Shown here: in pieces, positions 1-12,331 of the stretch | Layout: every line of letters starts with the position of its first letter | Position numbering within the stretch: the first letter of the stretch is position 1 | Assembly (NCBI GenBank): GCA_001179505.1 | Contig: CDMY01000520.1 | Span: forward strand, 1 to 64,000 | Direction: 5' to 3' | DNA from: Vitrella brassicaformis CCMP3155 | Taxonomy: Eukaryota > Protista > Chromerida | DNA length: 64,000 nt | Notes under the pieces: generated by a model | Database searches by the model: none | Seen by the model: the letters and a program-made list of their open reading frames with translations, nothing else | What the model was told of the DNA's origin: nothing | Translations under genes and position numbers: made by a program

Positions 1-2500
1 CACGCACCAACCGACACCGGCCACCGACCGACGACCTGACACATGTCTCGTGAGTGTGTCCTCTCTGCTGTGCTGCTCGTGTGAAGCATGGCGCGCGGTC
101 CGGGGCGGCAAACGGGTCATCATCCACTCACATGCATCTCGACACGAAAATCAGCAGACAGGCAGACAGGCGTTCACATTTCAACGGGACGGGCATACCG
201 ATGTGATGGTATGCCGTCTTGGGGTGTGTAAATGGCATAAGAAGACATGCATGTACGCAACGCCGACCGACACTACATACACGCCGCCCTTCCCTCGTGC
301 GCCCCTCTCTCCCTCCCCCTTGCAGCACGCATAAAGCAGCGCGGCAGCCAAACGTTAGGTGCCTCGAAAACAGGCCATGCCAACGGATGAATGGGCGCAA
401 CGGACAGACGTATATACACGTGTACGCAGGTGAATGGATGAATGCGGCAATCATGCAGGCAGGCAGGCAGACAGACACACAAACAGGCAGGCAGGGAGGA
501 GATGAATAAGTGTATGCATTCATCACCCCACCGCAACCACACACAAGCACCACACGCAAACCTCACACACAAAACAGGCACTTTATGAATAGACGGCCAT
601 GCCCCAAGACGGTCACACCATCACAGCACACGCACCAGACAAGCACATAGGCACACACGGACTAAAGGGAAGAGGGGGCGGGCAAGGAGGCACCGGGCAG
701 CAATCAGGAGGTGAGCAAGCACGGTCGCGCGAACAAGCACAGGATGAGTAAGTCAGCGAATTGATAAATTGGTCAGTCAGGGCAATGCATCAATGGCCAC
801 ACAGCACGACAGACAGCCAGACAGCGGAGGAAACACACAAGCAGACACACATCACATCACACACTGACGTCTCACACGCCATCCACGCACTCCCCTACTC
901 CTCCTTACTGACCTGTTTGTGTCCACGGCTGCCTACGAGCACAAATGCGTGGCCCTACGGTGTGTGCGTCTCTACGTGTCAACGTGTCAACACGGGTGTG
1001 TGTCTGTCTGTCAGTCTGTCTGTCTGTCTGTCTGCATCGGCAGGTTCAAATACTGAGAGAGGGACAGCTGGATAGTGGGTCGCCCCAACACCCGGCCCAC
1101 CTGCCCCTCACTCACTCACACACACAGCCAGCCAGAGAGAGAGAGAGAACAAAGCATGCACGTAGACGAAGAGACAGGGCAAATTGAGACGACTAAACGG
1201 CTCGGAAGCATGTGTGTATGTGTTATCCGTACACGCACTCAGTGTGTGTGTGTGTGTATGTGTATACACACACACGTATATACGTACGGGACGAACTGTA
1301 TACGACCTTCTCCCATGCATCGTGTACTGGGCGACCACGATAAGAGAAACGGCCAGACAGACAGACAGACACGGCGGGAAACACGAGCCATCCACCAATA
1401 TGGATGCATGGCGAGGCGAGCAGGCGGGCGATCAACGCGTTGAAAAACTGCCGCAGACTTGTGTACGCGAGCAGAGATCCATCTCATGTGTGAGGGGGGA
1501 GGGGCAGCAGCACCAACCATCGAGCACTCACTCACCCAGATACAAAGCGTGAAACCAATCAATCAGCCAACCAGCGAGAGAGCGAGAAACCCGTCACATC
1601 CGTCATGTGGGCTCACTGTGCTGCACGCACGCAGATATCGATGCGCATACTGCCGTGTGTGTGTGTTTGTGTGTACGTCACCTGGCTGCTCCGCTGCTGT
1701 CAGGCACACACGCAATGCACGAGACCACAGAGGGCCGTGCAGAATACAAAGGGACAATCACATCGAGCATACGATATTAATTACTCACGGCGAATGAATA
1801 CCCAGACAGAAATCGAGACAGACAGACAGACAGACACGCCTGACCTCCCCGCACCAGCAGCACAAAACACCCAGGATCAAAAAGCATTGAGTGGCCGTCC
1901 CCCCTCCCTGTGTAAGGATCATATGCAGCCGTGACCACACCGGTGCGTGGTCCACGCCACGTTCCTCTTTTAGATGGTCAGCCAGGCAGTCGATACACGC
2001 ACCACACCACACCACACCACACCACGCCACGGCACGGCACGGCACGGCAAAAATGCGGCTCATCCCATCCCTCCCCACTTGACACACACGTAAGCACATC
2101 CATGCACACGGGCAGCCAGACAGACAGGCAGGCACCGGTCAGTCCACAGACACTCACTGACCGCATTCAGCACATGTATGTGTGTATGTAAGTGTGCACG
2201 GGCGATAGTCACATTTCACAACACAAAATGTCAGTCAATCCATCCGGCCCCTCCGATCGATCGACCCATCAGCCAGCCAGCCAGCCATTCAACCCAACAC
2301 ACACCGGCACGCCACACGAAGAAAAGCGCTTGAAAGAAGCGATAAGATAAACGGGCGGACAGCCGTCCAGCCAGCCTTTCGTCAGCACACACTGTCACTC
2401 CTATGATACGGCACACCACTCACTCACTCACTGGACACTCAGGTGATGACTGGACGGACGAGCACTCAGGCAGGCAGTGAGGCAGCCAGTCAGTGACCCA
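1..2500. repeat. Microsatellite-rich non-coding region ((CA)n, (CAGA)n, (CACAC)n, (CAGC)n)
   Basis: Dense simple repeats; ORFs here translate to HT/TH/VC-type low-complexity peptides with no recognisable domain. Confidence 0.7.
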
Positions 2501-2517
2501 CTCACTCACTCAACGAC

Positions 2518-3111
2518 TCAGGGGCTTCCGCCCCTCCCGCGTCCTTTCTTTCCCCTCTTAGACCCCCCTAGTTGTCGCCGGTCGGCGGATGTATTGTCTT
2601 GGGGGAGTCCTGGGTGAGTCGCCCCTCTTCGTAGTTTTCGCGCGTCGACTGATGGGTTGGGCTCTTTGAGGACAGGCAGCGTGTTGCCGACCTCAGCCTG
2701 GACCTCGTAGATCTCTGACAACTCGGTGAGGACCTCTTTCTGCTCGTCAGACATGGCATCGAGATTCGGGCTGACAAACACAACCATGCAGACACGCAGA
2801 TCCAATCCACAGTGCACAGCTCCTGCCTGCTTGTCTCCCTGCCTTCTGTTCTCACCCGTCTGTCGGATTGTTCTTGGGCGCATCATCTGGCTCGTCGTCG
2901 AGGGCATCTTGGTGCACCTCAGCCACAGACTCACCAGGCAGATCACCGCCCTCACACACAACTGCACTCACACACGCGACACGGTCAGCGTGAAGTGAGC
3001 ACCTGCCGTCTCCGTGTTGTCTGGCCCTGCACCACCGTGCAGCTCACCTGTGTTGATGCTGAGCAGGCAAACCAGAGCCACGAGGCCAAGCATCACCCAG
3101 TGGCGCGACAT
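2518..3111 (-). CDS. Small hypothetical secreted protein (about 3 exons)
   Basis: ATG at 3111 gives MSRHWVMLGLVALVCLLSINT (signal-peptide-like) followed by a GTGAG donor. Downstream exons read ...DEPDDAPKNNPTD and PNLDAMSDEQKEVLTELSEIYEVQAEV...GGSKRGKKGRGRGGSP*. Intron phases are not fully resolved. Confidence 0.45.
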
Positions 3112-3246
3112 ATCCGATAAGAGAACGGTGTTGAGTCACGTGGAGCCGTCGGGGCAGTAAACAGGCTGACAATCGCACACTACCAATGGCGCGCAATCTG
3201 AGGTGCTCCCTGAAACCACTGAGCTGACACCTCTTCGCACAGCAGC

Positions 3247-3283
3247 AGCGGTTTCACGAGGGACTCCTACAGCGAGCTTTCTC
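3247..3283. promoter_or_regulatory. Candidate bidirectional promoter elements AGCGGTTTCACGA (3247-3259) and GCGAGCTTTCTC (3272-3283)
   Basis: Both motifs recur in other head-to-head intergenic gaps of this window (26190-26202; 19611, 30039, 51695). Confidence 0.5.
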
Positions 3284-3474
3284 GACTGAAATTATACGAC
3301 GGGTGTTGTTTCTCTCCACCCAAAGAGGTCAGGCAGACAGAGCACGCCATGGAACAGAGAACATACGCACGCCAGCCCAGCGGCAATGGAAATACCCGGG
3401 CGGACGGCGGTGCTGCTGTCGCAACCTGGTTCTGTGGTGCTCGCAGCTGAGGGACAGGAAGAGGGGGCCGCTCA

Positions 3475-6400
3475 ATGGGGATCATCGCAAGGACAATCAC
3501 TGCAGTGATGGCCATACTCACTCCCACAAGTACGCCACACACTCGTCCTTTTTTTGTCTCCAACGGCCGGCCACTCTGCCTGCCCTTCTGTGTTGTGGCG
3601 CGTGGATCTCAGGGTTATTGGCAGGCAACCCCACGCCGTGCATCGAACAAGGCTTCGAGTATGCCTTTGCCGGCGAGCGCAGCATTCTCGACGAGTTCGC
3701 TATCACCAAGACGGGGGAGCTGGCCAACGTCCCCCCACACAGCCTGATGGGTGAAGATATGGACGACAGGACCGTGATGCACTTCCTGGGGGTGCGGGCA
3801 GATGACAAGGGAGTGCCGACCAACGACACGGCCGTGGCTCCCCCTTCACCACCCTGGATGGACACCGCCATGGGCCCATCGGCAGACACCACCTTGAGAG
3901 GGCCGCCGACGAGCGACACGGCCATGGCTCCTGCCAACAGGACGAACAGGACGAGCGGGACGGTCCTGCAGGCCACCACAAGCACATACGGGTGGGAAGA
4001 GGACAAAGAGACGGCGTACTTTGTCCAGTACTGCCAGTGGAGGTGCCAACAGGTGATTTGACATGCTGTACGTATCGATGGTTCACGTCATCATGTATCA
4101 CGTTGCTCTTTCTCTCTCTGTGTGATGGGTGTGTGGTGGGTCCGTTCATTCATGCAGTTTGAGAGCAAGCTGTGTTTCTTCTTCACCTATTTCCCAACCA
4201 CCCGTGTGTGTCGCCTGCTGTCTGTCGATACGGCCAGGCAGTACAGCGACCACGCCATATCGGGATTCAAGTCGTGCCTCTTCAATAACAGAGGTACGTG
4301 GGTGGACGGGAGGGCACCCCACACTTTTAAAGGTCAACACATACATACGCCTGCGTATGCGCACATCGGCACTGCCTCCCCCTTTCAGCTCATCGAGAGC
4401 CCTTTTTCAAGCACCCGGTGGACGCGTCCACCCTCGCGGCTCCCCTGCCGAAGGTGTCGTCCCTCCTGCACAAGTTCTGGACCATCCGCGAGGACGAAAT
4501 CGCTCGCAACGTGCCGTCGGAGGCAAGCGTCCTCAACCCGCCCTTCAGCTACGGCGACGCCGCTGCCAACTCGCTCTTGCGCAGCACGTGGTATCGACCT
4601 GACTGGGTGGCCATCGAGGCCAAGCTGCAGAGGGAGTTCTGGACTCCCAAGCACCTCAACGCGACCGTCAAGGAGCTGGAGGCCCTTGGTGCAAAGACCG
4701 TCTTTGCGGAGCGGTCGGTCATCAATGCGCAGTTGCCCATCGAGTCGATCCCGAAGGCTGCCGAGCTCAAGACAATATCGAGCATCACCACGCCACGGAT
4801 GCACAAGAGCGGGAGTGCCGTACGGTTGGACGATGGACGGCACCTCCGGCGGCGGCTGGTTGGTTCGGTGACGACCGAGGGAGACCAATCGATCGCCACC
4901 GAAAATGCGCGGAAGACGTTTGAAGTGAGCGGGGCGGGCACGAGGTGCGTGGGAGCAATCAGCGGCTCGTACGCCTTCACCACTTATCCGTATTACGATT
5001 ACGATACCGGTTACTTCGTCGAGGACAGAAACAACACACTGGCGATCATCTCGTCAGGCGACCTGCCGCCATTCCTGGAAGAGGACGACGACGACCAGGA
5101 GGGGCCTTTTTCGAAATACGTCGTCTCTTTTGACTCGGAGAGATACGCGTTCCCCTATTACTACGGCCGGGACGAGGGCGCCGAGATCTCGGAGATCTGC
5201 TTCGATGTGGCGCCGGAAACAAACATTGCCTTCGCCTCGGCCCAGGCCAATGTACGTACGCGACGATACAATCGACACAGATGAAACATTGGTCTGTCGG
5301 CTTGGTCGTGTGTGTGTGATTCTGTGTGTGAGCAGGATGGCGGACAGGCGGGCTTTGCCCAGGCAATCAGGGCTATAAAGGAGCAGCACAATTGCGAGGG
5401 AGAGTTCGATGACCTCATTCTCTTCGACGAGTCAGTGAGAACGAAAACGGCACACAGCTCTCACCATTTTCGCATGTTTCCTTGCGCAACATCAGGCCCT
5501 TCTTTGAGTTGGGAGTGGCGGGCGAGGCCATCGAGGAAGTTGTCGGGAAAGGTCACCCAATGCCTCGTCACCAAATGGTTCTTACTCTCCGCTCTGTCTG
5601 TGTGTGTCAGGTACGGCCTACTACACGGGTGTGGGCAACCTCGGCCCCACAGGGTATGTCTCTGAATTCGTGGATTCGGGCTATACGGGTCCCAACAACG
5701 GCCCCCTGCACGACTTCAACCCCGACCCGCATGAGGTGCAGCCCTTCCTGGAGTTCCAGATCTTCCCGGAGGCAAATGACAATGAGGTGACGTTCATCCT
5801 GCAGTGGGATGAACCGTTCGGGGGGGCGGAGACGGACCTCGACATGTTCATCGCTTTCAGCGATGACAGGGGCATCCTGACCACGTTCAACACCGTCGGC
5901 ATTTCAACGGGCGGGGTGCCATTCAACCTCGTCCAGGGATACACCAGGTCACATGAAATCCGACACACACAGAGAGGGAGGGGCCGACGCGCGTACCCAT
6001 CCACCCACCCATGTGTGTGTGTGGGTGGGTGTGTGGGGCAGGGGCAGCAAGGACCCTCAGGAGATCGCCTTCTTCTTTGTAAGACCACAAGAGCACCCAC
6101 CCAACTACGTACCCACCATACACATGTATTCGCGCCCCTCCTCTCCGTGTGTGTGTGTGTGTGTGTCTAAACGTTTGACAGAACGCGGGCGATGCCAACT
6201 GTGTCGACGGGGACGACACCAACTGCGTGTTTCGCCTGTTCGTGGAGCGTGTGTCGGGGCCCTGGGTGGGCCACGGCGCCCCGCCAGCCCCAGGGCGCAT
6301 ACAGATACTACTCAGCACCAATGCTGATGCAAGAGCGGTCTATCTGCCCGTCAACATCAGAGGGGAGGATGTGATTGTGACGAACGGGTCGTCGATTTTC

Positions 6401-7352
6401 GGACACAGCAACACGCCATCGGCCTTGGTCGTGGCAACCGCTCCTTTCAATGTACGTATGTAGGACAGACAGACAGCAAGAGACGGGTGATACGTGCGTA
6501 CATGGACGGCTGGATGTCTTGTGTGTCCTCGTTGTATCAGCAAACTCAGTGTCAAGACCCATGCGACTTTGAGCCCGTCGATCCCGCTCAACTCGAGCCC
6601 TTCTCATCATCAGGCGGCACGCCCATTCTATTTGACGAAAATGGTGGGCGGCAGATACACACGCACACACGAAAGTGCTCCCAGACACATGCATGTCTGT
6701 GGATATTCATGCGTATGTGTGCATGTGTCAGGTCATCGCATCGTTCCGATTGTGCCACGACACCCCGACATAGCTGGCCCCGACCGCGTGTCGACCACTA
6801 GAGCTCCTACTGACTTCTTCGGCTCCTCAGCGGCCACCCCACACATAGGTCAGCCCTGTACACACAGACGACACACGGACACTCACACACACACTCACCC
6901 ACACACTCACACATCAATGTGCGGTTGTGCTTGTGTGTATGTGTGTGTGTACGGTCAGTCGGTCTTGGGCAGCTGATGGTTGAAGCGAACCCCTCCCTGA
7001 CACCGTTTGAAATCTACCAAATCATCATCGACACGGCCAACCCCATCGAGCCTCCTCTCGGTGAGCTCATCCCACCTCCCTGGACCCTCGCCGCAATGCA
7101 CGCAGCGCACACACACACACACTGGGTTGCCGTGTGCATTGTGTGCGGATTGCAGCGCCGCCATTCAACTTCATTTCGGGCAACGGGTTTGCGAACGGCT
7201 TCAGGGCGGTCGAGGAGGCCCTCAACCGGCTTTCGCCTGCCATGAGGGCCGAGCGGTTGGAAAGGATGCGGAAGAAGAGACTGATGGGGAAGGGCAAAGG
7301 CAAGGGAAGCAGGAATGGCAAGGGGAAGGGCAGAATGAGGGGAAAAGGATGA
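3475..7352 (+). CDS. Secreted PAN/Apple-domain + subtilase (S8/S53 clan SB)-like protein, bacterial-type catalytic domain, multi-exon
   Basis: Exons give PCIEQGFEY...YCQWRCQQ / CFFFTYFPTTRVCRLL...ISGFKSC (PAN Cys pattern), then RRRLVGSVTTEGD...FEVSGAGTRCVGAISGSY...GDLP...DEGAEISEICFDVAPETNIAF...GGQAGFAQAI...DDLILFDE...PFFELG...TAYYTGVGN...LQWDEPFGG..DLD...IFGHSN...LEPFSSSGGTPILFDENG...HPDIAGPD...FFGSSAATPH...SGNGF, ending in a K/G-rich tail and stop at 7352. Confidence 0.8.
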
Positions 7353-10213
7353 CCGAGTGAGGTGTGGCGGGAAAGAGGAGCCTGAGGGCCGATTGATCGA
7401 TGGATTGATCGATGAAGCACCAGAAGGGCGGGGAGAAAGGCCACCTGTTGGGACTCGAGACATCCACGACTTGGCAAAGTATGGCAGGCAAGTCAGATTA
7501 GCAAGACACAGACAGATGGATGACCGTCACACAGCCTGCGGGCAAGAAGGACACGGAGGGAGAGAGATTTCGCGGGAAGGACACAGGGACGGGGTGGACA
7601 TGACACGCGCACGGCATGGCAAGTGCAGCAACGGAACCAATGTGGGGACCGCTTAGTGCTGCTGGCTGGCTGCGTTTGTGGCCCTTATCTTCGTGGCTGA
7701 GTGTGAGCGATTTTTATTTGCCACGGTCAACCGGTAAGGCTTTACAATGTCTCTCTCTCTCTCTCTGTATGTCCGCTTGTCTATATGTCTGTCCGTATCT
7801 TTGTGCGATCGTGCGTGTGTATATGCGTGCTTATGTACGTAGTAGTTGTACGTGTGTGTGCTTGCGTGCGTGCGTGCGTGTGGCGGTGCGCCTGTTTTGT
7901 CTGTCGATCTGTCTGTCTGTTGGTCTGGTCGCCGTCTGTGCATGGCATCTACCGCACACGTCGAGTGGTTGGGTGGGTGGCTGGGCGGGCGTTTCTTCCA
8001 TGCAGCGATGGACTCCACGAATGCGTTCATTCACCCATTCACTCACTCAGGCACGACGCATGGATGATTGATACTCTCGTTGCTTGCGGACGTCCTTGCT
8101 TCTTACGTGTACGAACACAGCCACCCAGCCAGGCAGGCACCCAGCCAGCCAGGCACCCAGCCAGGCAGGCAGCGGGCTTGCAAGCCCTCCTGCACGTGGC
8201 ACAAGGACAAACTTCACGTGCAGGAGGCTAGTCAAGGCAGCTGCTATGAGACAAATCAAGTACAAAGGGGAGGGGGAGAAGGCAGCACTGCTTTTTTTCT
8301 TTTCGTGCTTCTCCTTCGATCTGGCTCGCATTTTCCGTACACACACGAATGAATACATACAAACACATGCGTACACACATCGCACGGTCACACAGGCGTG
8401 TAATGTGTGTCTCAGCTAAAGGGCGGCGGTGTGGTAACGTAAGGTAGGTAGGAAGGTGGGTAGGCAGGCTTGGTGTTGGTGGCTGCGTGACTGCATGAGC
8501 GTCTGGGTGCATTTAAATGGCCAGCCGATCGCAGCCGTGGATCGCATGGAAGTGCTCCTGCTCCTGATACATGAGTGTGGATGAATGTGATGCGAGGTGA
8601 GCCATGGTTGTACTGAGGGAGGGATGGTCATGGAGAAAAGAGGAAGAGGGATGTCATGACCATGAAGAGGGGTGTCATGACCCGGGCAGACAATTCATTG
8701 CTTCATGCTTGGCTGCATGTCTGCGTGTCTGTCTGTGTGTCTGTCTGCGCCACAACGATTGACACTGCGTGAATGAGTGTCTGAATGAGTGTGAGCAGCG
8801 CAGCTAGCTGACGTGTGAATGCCGATTGATGTCGTGAGTATTTATATATCTATGTAGGAAGTAGTACAGTGTACGTACTGATACATACACTATACACGCG
8901 TGGTGACGTGAGTGAGTGCGTGCGTGACATCTCAGTAAGTGACTGAGGGCATGCTGACTGATCGATGTCGCCTGCTGGTGTTTTTTGCACGTGTCTCTGG
9001 CTGGATCGACGATTGGTGGCAATGAACCCTTCGCTTTTCCCCTTCTCCCCCATGTGTATCGTTTGTCTACCGCCTCTCGTGCATGTGTCCTGTATAGTCC
9101 GTGCTGTTTGCATGAATAGTATTGATTGCTCATGTATGGAAAAAGCGGCAAATAAAGGAAGGACGACCTTCGACCGGCCGACACCAACTGGTGTTTTCGA
9201 CAGATCGACAGATAGCTGACTGGCTGGAAGACTGACTGACTGACTGACTGAACGAATGAAGGATGATACATGTGCATTATTACGTGATTTTGTCGGTTTG
9301 AATGAACGAATGTCTGCCAGAGTTTTATACGAATGCATTGTGTACATACAGTGTGCTGGTGGTCGATGGGTGTTCATACGTACAGCTGCTAGCGGTTATT
9401 ATGAAATCTATCTTCACTCATGATAATTTCCCTTCTGTCTCGCCTGCCTTCCTGCCTGCCTGTTGATGCACGTGTGCGTGTGGTGACTGCCCCTAGTTGA
9501 TGCAATCGATACATTGGTTCATCCGTCGTTTGCCTGCCTGCCTGCCTGCCTGCCTGCAATGGGGCAGTGTACATGGGGCAGAGTGAGTGTACGTGTTAGA
9601 ATGGCTGGGTGATGGCTGCAGCCAGACCCATGATGGCGTGTCCACGTCGCCAAGACCCATGCATCCATCAATCCATCCATCCATCCATCCGTCCACCCAT
9701 CGAACATTCATTAGTTGGACTGTAAAAAAAGTGCAAACACCAACACACACGTCTCCCTCTGTTCCCACCCTGTGCACGCGCCGCGCCCCATGCGACTGGG
9801 TCGGGTCGGCTACTAAAGGAATCACTACCTACCTACCGCACCCATGGTCGACTTAACGCTGTGCACGTCAATTTCCCACCGACCCATCCATCCATCAATC
9901 CATACGCGCATCGACACATGCAGTCTGGTGTGCACTCAGAGAGAGAGCGAGAGAGAGAGAGAGAGAGAGGGGGAAGGGGACGGAGAGAGAAGACGAGGGG
10001 CAACACGGACAACACACGATGGCTGCCTGTTCTCAAAAACAGCAGATAGAGATCGATTAAAGCACGGTGCGATCAGTATCCACGGCAAAAGGTACCAAAA
10101 AAGAGCCCATTGCTTCTTTTCTGCCCGTAAATGAATTACACAAAACTACGTTTCCCGCCGGCCTCGCTCTCAAGGTGCGCCATACGATACACGGCGCGTT
10201 ATGTGTCGACTTG
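7353..10213. repeat. Long microsatellite-rich spacer between convergent genes
   Basis: (CT)n, (GT)n, (GCCT)n, (CCAT)n and (GA)n tracts; no coherent spliced ORF found. Confidence 0.65.
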
Positions 10214-10373
10214 GCGATATGGGACTTATATCTACGTATGCAGCCATGCATGTGTGTCGTTGGCGCCTCGGCTGCTGACACAGCCCTTCCCATGCATACA
10301 CACAGACATGCACACAGGCAGACAGGCACAGCATCCAGCGTTTTCTGGAGTATCCATGTACGCTTCGTGCACA

Positions 10374-10409
<36 letters not shown>

Positions 10410-11125
10410 CGCCCGCCCTGTATAAGTCGCAGAAAACGGTGAGCAGGGAACTGCCCTTTCTGCCTGGCTAACTGTCTCTTTCATCCTGCCTTCTTGTCGT
10501 TTGTTTCGAAGCACCTTGTCTCCACACTTCATCCTCGCCCTGCCCGCACGCAGACACAGACACTTCCTGACGCACAAACAACATACACAAACGCACCACT
10601 GGCTCAGCCGCGGACTGAACCAAAACCGCCGCCTGCTACAGCTGCACACACCGCCCCCGTCTCTTCACTACGTTTTCCAGCCCCCCACCATAGCCGACTA
10701 CATTGATTGAGAGTCAATGAGAGGCACCCACGAACATTCACCTGGTGCTACCCGACGGGCGAGCCATTGAAACACGCGCATACACAAGTCAGTCACAAAA
10801 CAGGTATGGATGGCATGAGGGTCAGGGTCCCTCTTGGTATCCTTCGCTGCGTCTCGCCTCGGAGGTCCCCGTTGTGGTGCTCGTAGCGACTGACGACCGG
10901 CGTTCGGCGATGCCCTTCAGTGTTGGCGTCAGGGGCGGAGTGACGGTGGTGGGTGTGGTGCCGCCGGTGCGGCTGCGGCGCAGGCGTCTCGTGCCCAGAA
11001 TCTGCGTGTAGCGCATCCTCAGCCGCGTGCGGAGCTTGCGGAGGCTCGGCCGCTGGGCGACGCTGCCGCCCTCATCGTCGGTGTCGATGTCCTCCCCCAG
11101 GTTGGCCATGTACGAGATGCCTCTG
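10214..11125. repeat. Left copy of a ~0.9 kb direct duplication flanking an assembly gap; contains a duplicate of the last coding stretch (10822-11125, minus) of the LRR receptor gene
   Basis: Matches 11426-12331 almost base for base, apart from a diverged ~200 bp block. Confidence 0.95.
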
Positions 11126-11425
11126 NNNNNNNNNNNNNNNNNNNNNNNNNNNNNNNNNNNNNNNNNNNNNNNNNNNNNNNNNNNNNNNNNNNNNNNNNNN
11201 NNNNNNNNNNNNNNNNNNNNNNNNNNNNNNNNNNNNNNNNNNNNNNNNNNNNNNNNNNNNNNNNNNNNNNNNNNNNNNNNNNNNNNNNNNNNNNNNNNNN
11301 NNNNNNNNNNNNNNNNNNNNNNNNNNNNNNNNNNNNNNNNNNNNNNNNNNNNNNNNNNNNNNNNNNNNNNNNNNNNNNNNNNNNNNNNNNNNNNNNNNNN
11401 NNNNNNNNNNNNNNNNNNNNNNNNN
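11126..11425. other. Assembly gap (300 N)
   Basis: Run of N. Confidence 0.99.
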
Positions 11426-12331
11426 GCGATATGGGACTTATATCTACGTATGCAGCCATGCATGTGTGTCGTTGGCGCCTCGGCTGCTGACACAGCCCTT
11501 CCCATGCATACACACAGACATGCACACAGGCAGACAGGCACAGCATCCAGCGTTTTCTGGAGTATCCATGTACGCTTCGTGCACACACACACACACACAC
11601 ACACACAGAGAGAGAGAGACTCCCGCCCTGAATAAGTCGCAAAAAACGCTTAACAGAGAAGTGCCCTTTCTGCCTGGCTGGCTGTCTCTTTCATCCTGCC
11701 TTCTTGTTGTTTTTTTCGATGCAGGTTGTCTCCCGCTTCGTCCTCGCCCTGCCCGCACGCAGACACAGACACTTCCTGACACAGACACACGCACCCACGC
11801 ACCACTGGCTCAGCGGCGGACTGAACCAAAACCGCCGCCTGCTACAGCTGCACACACCGCCCCCGTCTCTTCACTACGTTTTCCAGCCCCCCACCATAGC
11901 CGACTACATTGATTGAGAGTCAATGAGAGGCACCCACGAATATTCACCCGGTGCTACCCGACGGGCGAGCCATTGAAACACGCGCATACACAAGTCAGTC
12001 ACAAAACAGGTATGGATGGCATGAGGGTCAGGGTCCCTCTTGGTATCCTTCGCTGCGTCTCGCCTCGGAGGTCCCCGTTGTGGTGCTCGTAGCGACTGAC
12101 GACCGGCGTTCGGCGATGCCCTTCAGTGTTGGCGTCAGGGGCGGAGTGACGGTGGTGGGTGTGGTGCCGCCGGTGCGGCTGCGGCGCAGGCGTCTCGTGC
12201 CCAGAATCTGCGTGTAGCGCATCCTCAGCCGCGTGCGGAGCTTGCGGAGGCTCGGCCGCTGGGCGACGCTGCCGCCCTCATCGTCGGTGTCGATGTCCTC
12301 CCCCAGGTTGGCCATGTACGAGATGCCTCTG
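11426..12331. repeat. Right copy of the ~0.9 kb duplication; continuous with the full LRR receptor gene
   Basis: Direct repeat of 10214-11125. Confidence 0.95.

Noticed and set aside
3475-7352. Bacterial contamination as the explanation for the S8 and RTX modules
   Set aside because: Both modules are interrupted by typical host GT-AG microsatellite introns and are embedded among eukaryotic genes.
7353-10213. Numerous 60-170 aa ORFs and possible ncRNA in the long spacer
   Set aside because: The ORFs are translations of microsatellites; no tRNA cloverleaf, snRNA or rRNA similarity was recognised.
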